The notes under the pieces were generated by a model, which was not told where the DNA came from, made no database searches, and saw only the letters and a program-made list of their open reading frames with translations. 64,000 nt of DNA from Octopus vulgaris (lineage: Eukaryota), in contig OX597826.1 in the NCBI GenBank assembly GCA_951406725.2, positions 15,810,001-15,874,000 on the forward strand, in the 5' to 3' direction. Shown here piece by piece: positions 12,620 through 23,770 of this stretch (its first letter is position 1; each line of letters starts with the position of its first letter). The translations under genes were made by a program, and so were the position numbers.

Positions 12620-15600
12620 TATAAACACGTTTTTCGGTCATTTTGTGATGAAAAATACTGAAATTGTTGTCACCAAAAACATGTAGAATGGCAGCTTAGA
12701 TTAGAATGAAATCCTGAAAATGCCCCTAAAAATTACCTAGACTTACGAATGTAAAGACCTGGATGACGAATGAGAATATAGCGGTATCTGTATTGCAGAA
12801 AGTAAGGGACATGAAAAGAAAACTGCTTCATTGTGTAAGCACCGTCTTTGTAATGTTTGGGCAAACTGCACACTTCAACATATGTTAAGTGAATCCGACA
12901 ATACTTTTGTGTAAACTATGTTTTTAGTAAGTCCAGTGTTGCTACAATAAATATATGTCTTCTGCACTGCTAACTCGAGAGCATGTAACATATAGTTTTC
13001 CATGAGAAAAGCAGGGTAGTTGTAAAATGAACTTGGGCTTTTTTAGTTGTCATAGCGAAGCACAATCGGTCTGGAAACTAGAGGCACTCGAACTGAAATG
13101 GCACATTTGAGAAAATAAGGGGCATGCGTGGAATGCATGCAATCTGTACTCGATGGCAGCCGACAATACTGGTTGCTTCTAGGAAATGACTTGTCATTGT
13201 AGTTATAATCAATCTTGCACCATTGCATAGTCGTGGTGGATCCAAATTACACAAGAGCATGGCAGGTGCACCTTTCTTTAGGAAACCCTTATGCGGTGGC
13301 AATTCTGTGGGTTGTAGAGAGTTGATAAATTCAAGTGGATACTCAACAGTGGCATGTTCGTCGATAGTAGTAACAATGGAGACAAACGTTGAAGCATCTC
13401 AAAGTAGAATGTGAAGGAGTTCATGGTGTACTTTATCAACGCTTTCATTCCGAAGTTCCTAAATAGCTCTCTCTGCGAACCATGCTGTGTTTTTGAAGTT
13501 CTCTTGCAATGTGGGAAATACCTTTTCTTTAAGCTCATCTAATGTAGACACCATCTGCCCACATAGTGCTGCAGTGTGTTATACCATGGTAAGGTATCAT
13601 TTCCAATTTATAGAAGTCGGTAAGAGAATTCCTCAGCTAAGGGGTCGTTGTAGAGATGAGCTCGCATATTCTTGCTTAATGAAAGCTGATGAACAAACCT
13701 CCACAGAGGTGAAGACTTCAGACACGCATAGATCTCATCAGCTCGCGTACACCGTGGTATGACTGGTAATGGTAATATTTGACGGAATTCCCCTGCAAGG
13801 ACAACAGTTACGTTTAGTGACCTATCTAGGGTTTCTAGTGCATCAAGTGTGCCATCGTACATTCATCCCAGACAATATGTGTACTTTGGAACGTAACTTC
13901 TGTAGTTCGTGATTGTTTTGAAATATTGCACATTTGGGCATCCATTGAAGTAAAGACAATTTGAACGTTGATTCAGCTCTTCGTCCACCTGTTAATACAG
14001 TTACTGATATCCCTGATGATGCGACTGCAATCGCTATGTTTCCCATCTGCCTTATTTTTGTAGGTTAAGTAGAAACGTTTCCCCCGTTCCTCCTGCTGCA
14101 TTAATGAAGAAAAGACGTCCTTCTCTCTGCAAAATTTCACTACTATTTCATTTTAAATAGACTTTTGTTCAGCATGTAATAATGGTTCACTTTCATCAAA
14201 TTGCCTTTTCAGGGTATCCGAGTCGTATGCACTTTCTCGAATAACTTCTCTTGAAAGACCGTGATGTTCAGCTGATGGTGTTGGAATGCCGTAGTCGGAT
14301 AAGCTTTTGCCCCCAATGGAATTAAGCATGCCTTCTAAATGCTGTAATGCTTTGGTGTATATAACATCCAAGGAGGAGATGCTTGGTCCATGCAACCATC
14401 GAGCTTCATGAAGGATGTCATCAGACAGGCTGTGTTTGTGGTTCTCTCAAAGTCGTAGTGGATTCAGTAAATCGCAATGGTACAACATGATGGCGAAGAA
14501 TCTTCTTAGTCGGTAAGCTGTGCATGCGGTTGCTACGTCTGAAAGAGCTGAACTCCAGTCACCGCCATCTTCGAGAAGACCTCGTAGTTGGCAGACTTGT
14601 TGAAATGTTTCGCAAACAAGGAGTTTACAATTTTAAGGTCTTTAAATGACGTTTGTCCAAGAACTTTGTGAAGGAGCATTCAGAGACAGTAGCCTTGGGG
14701 TGGACCGTATAATCTCAACCTAGAGCATTACATTTTTATGCGTGTATGCCCTTCGACGGTTACACCAAGCTTTCTCCTCTTCCACTTCTTAACATTGTTA
14801 CCCAGGTGGAATACTTGAGTACGTCTGGGTTGAACATTGTCGCAGTGAATGCGTCATATCGACACAGGTCAAAGAATTATGTGAGAGTCGTCGCCTGTGG
14901 CGATATATTTGTCCTCTAACTCTTTTGAGATTTAATGGATCAAAATAAATTCTTCGTCTATTTTCTAAACTGAACAGAGAAGTGGACAACTGTGGGATAT
15001 CTATCATGGATGGGGAAATGAAGGAGTCTCCAAGCGACTTCGTTACTGCTTACATAACGGCCCATTAGATATTGGTGTACCTCAATGGCCCTATCAGCAT
15101 CTAAAAGGCCAAAGACAGCCTTGTCGGACTTTTTGTTTATATTTTTTGCATACATACTTGATGGAGTGAACAGTATTGCAAAATTCCACGTTAATGTGTG
15201 CCTTGAAAACTCGTGGCAATAGAGGACTATATGGGACAATCCATATGTTGTCTACAACAACCGGACTTTGCTGTGACCGAAGAGTGAAATGGAATCCACC
15301 GTCTCCCGGTCTGCATCTCTTTTACGTTGGATACCCGTCATGTCCTGTGTGCATTTCAGAAGAAAACTTTTTTAGGGTACCCTTTTAAGCACTTTCCATT
15401 TATCATGCATGTGGAATTGTGATTATAAGGTCTGTGGGGACCATAAGACATATGCGATTTGACGATGTCAAAAATTCGTTTGTTTACATCCTGGAATCTC
15501 TGCACTTATAACAGTGTCAATTTGGTTTGAGTGCAACTTTTAGTTCAGCCAAATGCGCATGCGGCAGACCTCGTTTCAGTCATTGGAAGGTATACATTTC

Positions 15601-15895
15601 ACAAGTAACTTCTCCAAATATCTATTTCTTTTTAAGTATATCCATGAATTTCAATAATCTAATGTGGAAAACCCACGCGATTATGTTGTGCTGATAATGG
15701 AGTTTTCGCTCTGGTAGACGATTTTCTGTAACTTCAGTCCACTTAGAATTGCTTGTGAATGCAAGGAAAAGGTCTGAAGAACCAACATTTCTAACATAGG
15801 TCATATCACCTTGTACTTTTTCGTGCATGTATCTTTGTACCCCGGTGAAGGAAGCCGGGAGAATAACCCTATGGCTGATATTTTTGAATGTCATC
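12620..15895 (-). mobile_element. Helitron RepHel (HUH Rep plus Pif1-like helicase) pseudogene with 3' non-coding region
   Basis: Rep: ILPASFTG..RYMHE, DLFLAFTSN.KW, KRGLPHAH (HUH, about 15553-15576), RYVSSNEVAWRLLHFPIH. Helicase: FFINAAGGTGETF (Walker A), IAVASSGI, LAGEFRQILP, PPHK..LKKGAP.MLL.NLDPPRLCNG.RL, FSHGKLYVTCSRV, TKNIVY. Many disruptions. Confidence 0.93.
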
Positions 15896-16002
15896 ATCAC
15901 TGGCAATTTAATCCCACAAGTGCATGTAGGATTCAGCACGGAGTTTTTGTTGGTTATTTTTTCTATAAAGAAGGCGCTTAGTTCTATATTCAAGAGATAA
16001 GG

Positions 16003-16300
16003 AATTATGTATTTGTCCGCATCTTGTTTGTTGTCTACTACCCTATGTGAAAGGCTTGTCACAACAACCTCTTAAGCAGACCGAGTGCAGATATGAATAG
16101 CATATCGGAACCTGATTTAAGGAAGAATAGGAAAATATTAGATTTATAAGCTCTACAAATTCACTCCATTATTGCCCACGGGCATATGGCGTAGTGGCTA
16201 AAAGCGTGGGCTACTAACCCCAAGATTCCGAGTTCAATTATAAGATTCCGAGTTCAATTATAAGATTCCGAGTTTAATAATAATAATAACAACAACAAGA
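16003..16300 (+). mobile_element. Penelope-like 3' fragment: inverted tail, EN C-terminus, tRNA-like cassette, (AAT)n
   Basis: cttaagcagaccgagtgcagatatgaatagcatat matches the reverse complement of 23100-23135. tRNA-like sequence starts at 16180. An inverted tail piece tttgtccgcatcttgtttgttg lies at the 5' end. Confidence 0.8.
16180..16240 (+). promoter_or_regulatory. tRNA-like Pol III type-2 promoter (A box TGGCGTAGTGG, B-box-like GAGTTCAATT)
   Basis: Box motifs and an anticodon-loop-like ggg-CTACTAA-ccc. No intact cloverleaf, so not a functional tRNA. Confidence 0.6.
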
Positions 16301-16328
16301 ACAGAAAAGTGGAGAGTGAGCGAATTCT

Positions 16329-16419
16329 ATATTATTTACATTTGACGGATATCTGTCTTCATCTTGTTAATTGGGGACATTTCGAGCCTGGGTTCTCATT
16401 CCTAAGTTATTTTTCGATG
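16329..16419 (-). mobile_element. Penelope-module tail fragment with the ribozyme segment deleted
   Basis: Matches 22782-22918 but lacks the central hammerhead portion. Confidence 0.75.
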
Positions 16420-16866
16420 GAGAAGGTATGGAAATGTAATCTCAGACATGCTAGAAATAAAACGTAAAGGACAGGATTTCTGAGATAACTTCCTTGTAAA
16501 TTTCCGATTCTTTTTTTTCCCCCTTCTTTTCACAGGATTCCTTTGTTTTCGACGACGGAGATTCACATATGCAAAAACCCACGTTTTCAAAAGTTTTAGT
16601 TTTTTATGAAAAACTCCAAAATTGATCAAGACTCCATCCTGCAGTGTAAAAGTGAAAACGAATGGCTGTTTTGTCCGTTTCTGCATGCGTTGATTTATAG
16701 TCAAAGAGCAAAAAGACCACAGCACGTGAAACCGTCACCTCGAATCTCAATAGGATAAAAATAACAGCAAAATGTCTTGAGAATTTTTGTGGGTGTGGGT
16801 GCGCGCGTGCCACAGTTCCTACAGTTTATCAGAATGAACAAAGAAAGAAGTCTACCATATATATAT
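16420..16866. mobile_element. Non-autonomous Helitron-like non-coding fragment
   Basis: 16525-16586 is an inverted near-copy of 17368-17430. A related motif occurs in the Helitron 3' region near 12625. Confidence 0.45.
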
Positions 16867-16985
16867 GACGCTTTAAAGGTAAACGATTCCGATTGAAGCA
16901 ACTATTTTGCTGTCAATTCATTGGATTAATCTCAACAAAATAGTACAATACAGTTCTATATTTAAGAGGTGAAGAATTATGTACA

Positions 16986-17171
16986 TTATTTACATTATTT
17001 ACATTTGACGGATATTTGTCATAATCTTGTTTGTTGTTTGGAATGAGAAACCAGGTTCGAAATTTCACCAAGACACGTGATGAAGGTTTCGGGGTAAATC
17101 AGCCGAAACGTCGTGTTAAACAACAAAAAAGATGAGGACAAATAGTCGTCAAATGTAAATAATGTAAATAA
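16986..17171 (+). mobile_element. Foldback mini-element of the Penelope module (about 50-bp inverted tails around a hammerhead)
   Basis: ttatttacattatttacatttgacggatatttgtc...ttgttg is the reverse complement, with mismatches, of caac...gacaaatagtcgtcaaatgtaaataatgtaaataa. Confidence 0.8.
17072..17117 (+). ncRNA. Minimal type I hammerhead ribozyme (degenerate, C3G)
   Basis: gacac-GTGATGA-a-ggtt...agcc-GAAA-cg-TC-gtgtt: stem I gacac/gtgtt, GUC cleavage triplet, palindromic ACGT in place of stem III. Confidence 0.65.
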
Positions 17172-17239
17172 AAATAGTACAAGTTTAGTCACTGGCTCAG
17201 TAACTATGTTTGTATTCTTCATTCTAAAATAATAAAATC

Positions 17240-17920
17240 TTTAACATACTGCCATTTGAAATTAGAATTTGTTACCGCCCATATTCTTAATCTCCGTATT
17301 TTTCCACGTAGAAAAAAATAGCGGAAAAAAGTTTAAAATTTTGGTGTGGGAGAAATGAAAAAAATTGAAAACGTGTTTTTTTGCATATTCGGAATTTCCG
17401 TCGTCGAAAACATAGGAATCCGGTGAAAGATTACTGAATGCCCCTTCCCCCATTTCGACCACATATCAGCTACCCGCTTTGGGATGAAATGCAAATGTCC
17501 TGTATGGAAAATATAGGAACGTGAGTAAATTGAGGAAAGAAATAAGTGGTGGGGACTGAAAATGTGTGTGTGCCCGCGCCAAAGGAAGTTATTTTTGCAT
17601 ACCTTGCTTAATTCCAAGTAATTAGTGGAACTTGTTGACAATGGTGTCTCTGGATTTTATAATTAGAAATTGAAAGAGAAGTATAATGCCTAATTCTACG
17701 CATGCCTCAAACATAGGACGAAAGTGAAAATGACCTGAAAATGACCTGAAAATTTGTACTATACGACCTGGGTTCTGGAGTTGTCATCATCCCCCTTCTC
17801 TCCCGCTATCCACTTCAGCTTTGGAATGCATGAGGAACATACACACACGCACACACACACACACACACATACGCACACACTCATACACACACATACAAAC
17901 TCTCTTTTATAGTTATATAT
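17240..17920 (-). mobile_element. Non-autonomous Helitron-like element (5' end near 17915)
   Basis: Minus strand starts tatataactataaaagagagtttgtatgtgtg, resembling Helitron 5' ends followed by (TG)n. Shares the aaaatgacctgaaaa motif with the Helitron 3' region near 12710. Confidence 0.5.
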
Positions 17921-19688
17921 ATATATATGTATACACAAAGTACGCATATATTCAATACATATACTCTTGCATGTCGAGTGGACATTTTCACAGTATATTT
18001 TCTACCGTATTTCAACTTAATTTTCTACCACTAAACTTCTAGAAAGGCATAAAATCACTTATGAAAGAATAGTGACATTCCAGAATTTGTATACAAATGA
18101 ATATAAGTTGCTGAATTAATTCATATTTCGTAGTATTTGTCATATTTGCGTGTTGCAATTTAATAAACATGCGATTAGAAATTTTTTAAACTGGTGTTAT
18201 TTACAAAACATTACTGCTTGGGCGTTAGAAAATAGTGTTTGTGCAAAATAGATAATTGCGAATATGTGAAAAGTAATTATTATAGGTGATACATAAATTT
18301 TTAACTTGCATTAAATAGTTTGAATGGAAGATGATTTGCAATCAAGAAATCGATACACAAAGTTTGACGGAGGAAATTTGAAAGTCATGTAAACATTTTC
18401 CATAGAACAGTATTCATCAATTCCATGGTATTTATTTCCTGTAGTGTAATCACTTCTATTCCTTTCATTTGCATATATCATTTATATGTACTTTTGTGTG
18501 CATAACACCAAATCCAACCTCATCTGAGTGCTTTCAATTCTAATGAGGAATCTTGATTTTTTAAATTGGCGGTATAATAAATGTGTTATATAGAAGAATT
18601 CTAATTTTCTATTTTGTTATCCTGATTTCACCATTTTACATAAGGATTGCGGCATCGATGTTTATTTGTAATAGTTGCCAGCAGCACAATCCTCTTACTA
18701 CTGTTCACACACACAAGGGAAACAGACACACAGACACTCACAAACATGCACGAAAGCTAAAGGCCATGCAAACCGCATTTGTCTCATCCTGCTTTCAAGG
18801 ATCCTATATTGTAGGCTATATTTATTTTTCTTAAAGGCGGCATGGTGCAAGTTGTCAACTCCTTGAACCGCCGCAGAAAGTGTTGAGTGGTAGTTGTCAT
18901 TAATGAAAAATAATTGACATTGAACAAATTACGCTGCTTCAAACTCCACACACCTTGGGCACAATTAAACATTGCTCTAGCTTATTATTAGATAACATTT
19001 CAAAAACAGTGCTATATTAGAAAACCAATGTATATAGTACGACTCATATTTAGATTGAAAAGGAATGAAAGTTAGATTGCATCGTAATTTGATAATTTTT
19101 TTCCCGAATTCATGGCCGTTTGTAGTCAGGTGGCAACAACAATGAGCTGGAGTATGATTACACAAAATCTAATGAAGTTTTATGGCAAAAAGACCAACCT
19201 TACTTTACCCGAGTGGTCAGGAACGAGATTCTAGAAGAATCACTGTTAGTACAATACCAAACTATGAATATTTGAACATCAACGGTTAATGATCCGGCAT
19301 CAAACTCTCTCGATACCTGGAAAAAGTAGTTGGGTGTTTATGAATGATACGATTCATTTGCATCAAATCTCTACAAAGATTATTGCAACAGCAACAACTA
19401 AACTAAATATATAAGTAGTGGAAACTTTATGAAAATGGAAGTAATAAAAACAATCAATGTCAATAAATGTTTCTCACTTAGGTTTAGAACCAACAATTTT
19501 TATGAGGAGTTTAAATAGTGACACTTTGTCCCCGACCATGACTGGTAATCTATTTTATCGCCTCGAATGTTTTATTTCAAAGTACCGACTATTCTCTCAA
19601 CTCGTCACCATAATTGAAATATTAATAATGATCATAAAATACAAATACTACGAAAATAAAATATGCGTTGCACACAATATGATAAATT

Positions 19689-20073
19689 AGGAGTGGCTGT
19701 GGGGTAAGAAGCTTTCTTCCCAGCTACATGGTTCCGGGGTCAGTCTTTTACTCTAGCCTCGCGTTCGAACAAAGCGTTTTGAGAGTGGATTAGGTAGGCG
19801 TAAACTGAAAGAAGTCCGTCGTATATATTTATATATATATATGTGTGTGTATGTATGTGTGTGTGTATGTCTGTATAAATGTATTTGTGTGTCCATGTTT
19901 GTCCCTCCCACTATCACTCGACAGCCGATGTTTATGTGTTGTCAAGCACATCAACGTGTGTGCTTGACCAATGGAATAAGTGCTAGGCTTACAAAGAATA
20001 AGTCCTGGGCTGATTTCTTCGACTAAAGGCGGTGCTCCAGCATGGCCGCAGTTAAATGCCTGAAACAAGTAAA
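19689..20073 (+). mobile_element. tRNA-derived SINE, family A
   Basis: Collinear with 6981-7449 (head, internal microsatellite, gactaaaggcggtgctccagcatggcc tail). Confidence 0.88.
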
Positions 20074-21339
20074 CGGAGAAAATAATACTTACTCACGACT
20101 GTGATTATATTTCAGACTTTTTATTTACATAAAACCTCAATGCACAAAATCAATGGAGCGTTTCTTTATTATAGGCTTCAAAATTTGTTGTACTCCTCAG
20201 TATTTGGCTCACTCTTTTATAATCTTTCACTTTATATGTTAAACCTCATGAATTGGAGTTATTAGTGACTCTTCTGTTACCCAATGTCTCTAAATAATAT
20301 CTGACATTAAAATAATATCCTCATATCTTTAGTTCCGTTTGGCCTATGGTGATAAAATGAACAAAAACTATTCAAAAACTTAACGAAGTTTCGACATTTA
20401 CAGTGGGAGGCTGTAGGGAAAGAAGATAGAGATAATAACACAGCCTTATGCACATTTAAAATGTACATATCACTACCATGTTAACAATAAACTAACATCA
20501 GATAAAATGATATGAAAACATTTCCATTAATTGAACTTGACTAACATGAACAAAACTGGCAAGTTCAGAAGATAGTGTTTGAATGGTTGCCATAAGAATA
20601 TATATTTTGTGTGATATAAGACATTACGTTGTATTGTAATATTAATATCTCCAAGATAGAGAAAATAATAGTTATTGCATAAGTACATTCACGAAAACCA
20701 TTTGTGTGTTTTTATCAATTGTAACGAAATGTAAAATTTTGCTCAGTTGTGACAGTATATTTGGGGAAATATCGATGTGAGGTTGTGCTTAAACTTTACC
20801 AGCTGGACTACATCCAGCATTTTATAATACGTAACAATAGAAAATTTGCAAACAGATATTAACGCCTCCCAGATGTTGGAAAAGATTAATGTTATAGGTT
20901 TATGGTGAAGGTCTACGAAGAAATATATTAAAAAAACATAAGTAGATATATTAATACGTAAGTGTTTCTCACAAAGGATTCAGCAGAGGAGATACATATT
21001 TGAGGGTGGATTAAACTGTTTATATCGAAAGTAAAACACTTATTTTTTTTGTATTTAATTATGAAAGGATATAAATGACAAGCTTTTTCTTTCCTCATTT
21101 TCTATATAAGCATTTAAATCGGATACACGTATTTACATTAAATACCATTAAATACAGGTATTCGAAACCCAAACTCCAAATTACTGTAGAATATCACCAT
21201 ACACATTCTCAAATACCAGTTGCCGATATCACCTCAGAGAAAACAAATGAAATATTTTATCTGGTGAGAACTGGACTCACAGAAAAAAAAAAGAACAAAA
21301 AAGAAAAAAGTAATTAGGAAAAGTTTTGTAGAGTAAATG

Positions 21340-21717
21340 AGATTTAAAGAATTTGGTTGTTTCACAAGAACTCTCGTATTTGAAAGTTAACAATAAAATG
21401 TTTCAAAATTGTTAGAGACCTGATTTACTTCATCAAAGTATATTCATTTATGACGTTTTACCAACGTTGCACTCTGTTATATATTCCATCTTTAAAAATA
21501 ATTCATCTTTTGCAGTGATAAACAGGCTGAATGTTTCAATTACCCTTTCTCTATTTAAGAATTCTTTATTGCTTATGAAAAGCTCAAATAAGTGATGATC
21601 AGTAGGAGAGGTATCAAGGGAATAGGGAGGATGTTGCAAAATCTCATAAATCAGGCTTTGCTAGTTTTGGACCGTAGCTTGAGGAGTGTGAAGACGTGCA
21701 TTGTCGTGGAGCAAAAT
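21340..21717 (-). pseudogene. Mariner transposase C-terminal fragment
   Basis: IILLHDNARLH and QHPPYSLDTSPTDHHLF. Confidence 0.85.
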
Positions 21718-22240
21718 TATCTGGTGAGAACTGGACTCACAGAAAAAAAAAAGAACAAAAAAGAAAAAAGCAATTAGGAAAAGTTTTGTAGAGTACACAG
21801 GCAACGATCCGGGACCCCATGACCAGGGAAATTCCCGTAAGCAAACACTTGGATCAATGCCCAGGAGACACACCAGACTGTACCTCTTTATCAATGTATC
21901 GGAAACACCTCAGCCCAATTCTGAATGAATTAAGAAAGCATGCCCATTAAAAATATTAAGCGCAACTAAATGGCCTTTGATGCGGAAGAGAAAACAAAAT
22001 TTTTACAGAAAGAGAAAACAATTTTTACACTAAAAATGACCAGACACAACAGATATAACTCGAAAACTAAGTCAAAATTGCAAACGAGTATTCGAAACAC
22101 AAACTCGAAGTTACTATAGAATAGCACTATACACATTCTCGAATACCAGTTGCCGATATCACCTCAGAAAAAACAAATTAAATATTTTATCTGGTGAGAA
22201 CTGGACTCACAGAAAAAAAGAACAAAACAAAAAGCAAATA
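21718..22240 (+). mobile_element. Penelope-like (Neptune-type) EN C-terminal relic with locally duplicated segments
   Basis: RVHRQ(Q)IRDPMTREIPVSKHLDQC with one frameshift. Segment 22090-22235 is repeated at 21159-21300, and 21718-21795 at 21258-21335. Confidence 0.55.
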
Positions 22241-22824
22241 GTTACGCCCTAAGGGAACCAACCAAACAGAACAAGAGATGGCCATGAGGCAGAAATAAGA
22301 GAGAATGCTGAACTTTACCAAAACAAAATTATTTTGCCCTAAACGGAAAATATTTTCGATCAAATTAAAGTGACATCAAAAAACCTTCAACCAATCACAA
22401 ATTGTCTCTTGATAGTGGTCGTCATCAGGAAGGCAACCAGCAAAAACACTAGACCTTGCTAAAACAAAAATATTTTGACCAAATCATCCACGAGAGTACG
22501 AATAAGATGTCATCAAAATTAAAAACTAATCAAAAATTGGATCATTTTCCGTAAAAATATGTATATATACATATAACTCCATCAAAATGTGAGAGGTAAA
22601 GAGACCTGTGCACTGAGACTGAAAGAGGAAAAAGAACTACAAGCAGCAGGACATAAATTTAAAAAAAAACACCTTTATTTTCTTTCCCTCCACTTTCTTT
22701 CTGTTTCTTCTCTACGTTTTCTTTTTCAAAGTAAAGACTCAATATCACTAAATTTTGTATAATATACATTTTTTGTTACACTATTTACATTTGAAAGATA
22801 TTTTTTCGCATCTTGCTTGTTGTT

Positions 22825-22870
22825 AACACAACGTTTCGGCTGATATACCATCCAGCCTTTATCAGGTGTC
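22825..22870 (-). ncRNA. Minimal type I hammerhead ribozyme (degenerate, G8A)
   Basis: gacac-CTGATAA-a-ggctg(gatggtatat)cagcc-GAAA-cg-TT-gtgtt: perfect 5-bp stem II, 5-bp stem I, palindromic AACGTT mini stem III as in PLE minimal hammerheads. Confidence 0.72.
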
Positions 22871-22971
22871 TTTGGAAAATTTCGAACCTGGGTTCGCATT
22901 CTTAAGGTATTTTTCGATGTTGATTTTATTATTATTATTATTAATATTATTATTATTATAATTATTATTCA

Positions 22972-23044
22972 GGTCACTGCCTGGAATCGAACTCGGAAGC
23001 TTGGGGTTAGTAGCCCGGACTCTTAACCACCATGCCATATGCCC
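22972..23044 (-). promoter_or_regulatory. 73-nt tRNA-like sequence with A box and B box (GAGTTCGATTCC)
   Basis: gggcatatggcatggtggttaagagtccgggctactaaccccaagcttccgagttcgattccaggcagtgacc: tRNA length and box spacing, imperfect stems. Confidence 0.68.
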
Positions 23045-23370
23045 GTGGACAATTATGGTTTATAAATCTATTCCCCTATCCTTCCTTAATACTGGTTCTC
23101 ATATGCTATTCATATCTGCACTCGGTCTGCTTAAGACGCTGTGTCCTAGCATATGTGCTGCTTCTTTAGTTTTCGTATTTTCCAGTGGTGTTATCTGTCT
23201 ATTATTTTAACTTCATCCCACAAGGGGAGGTGGTCTCCATTTTTCCATACATGATCAGCTATACCCGATTTATCAATATTTCACCGTGTCACAGCTTTGC
23301 GATGTTCCTCTACCCTTCGCAAATATCTCCTTCGAGTAAAACCACCAGTAGAAGAGCATATGTGTAGAAT

Positions 23371-23564
23371 TACTCTTTTACTTGTTTCAGTCATGTGACT
23401 GTGGCCATGATGGAGCACCGCCTTTAGTCGAGCAAATCGACCCCAGGACTTATTCTTTGTAAGCCTAGTACTTAATCTATCGGTTTCTTTTGCCGAACCG
23501 CTAAGTTACGGGAACTTAAACACACCACAATCGGTTGTCAAGCGATGTCGGGGGGACAACACAG

Positions 23565-23599
<35 letters not shown>

Positions 23600-23770
23600 C
23601 ATATATACGACGGGCTTCTTTCAGTTTCCGCCTACCAAATCCACTCACAAGGCTTTAGTCGACCCGAGGCTATAGTAGAAGACACTTGCCCAAGGTGCCA
23701 CACAGTGGGACTGAACCCGGAACCATGTGGTTGGTAAGCAGGCTACTTACCACACAGCCACTCCTGTGCC
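23371..23770 (-). mobile_element. tRNA-derived SINE, family A (well preserved)
   Basis: Reverse complement is collinear with 6981-7449. Confidence 0.92.

Larger units (their letters stand above)
22781..23320 (-). mobile_element. Penelope-like 3' module: GIY-YIG C-terminus, tRNA-like cassette, (AAT)n, hammerhead, tail
   Basis: Minus strand: RVEEHRKAVTR*NIDKSGIADHVWKNGDHLPLWDEVKIIDR*HHWKIRKLKEAAHM...LSRPSADMNSI*EPVLRKDRGIDL*. tRNA-like at 23044-22972, (AAT)n at 22969-22926, hammerhead at 22870-22825. Confidence 0.88.

Noticed and set aside
15900-16062. N-terminal half of the 146-aa ORF 15622-16062 as part of RepHel
   Set aside because: Read-through into unrelated inserted sequence; only the C-terminal half is Helitron Rep.
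16222-16278. CRISPR-like short repeats
   Set aside because: Tandem units with no spacers, eukaryotic context, no cas genes.
22972-23044. Functional tRNA-Ser(ACT) gene
   Set aside because: Acceptor, anticodon and T stems are imperfect and the sequence is embedded in a repeat; treated as a tRNA-like cassette.
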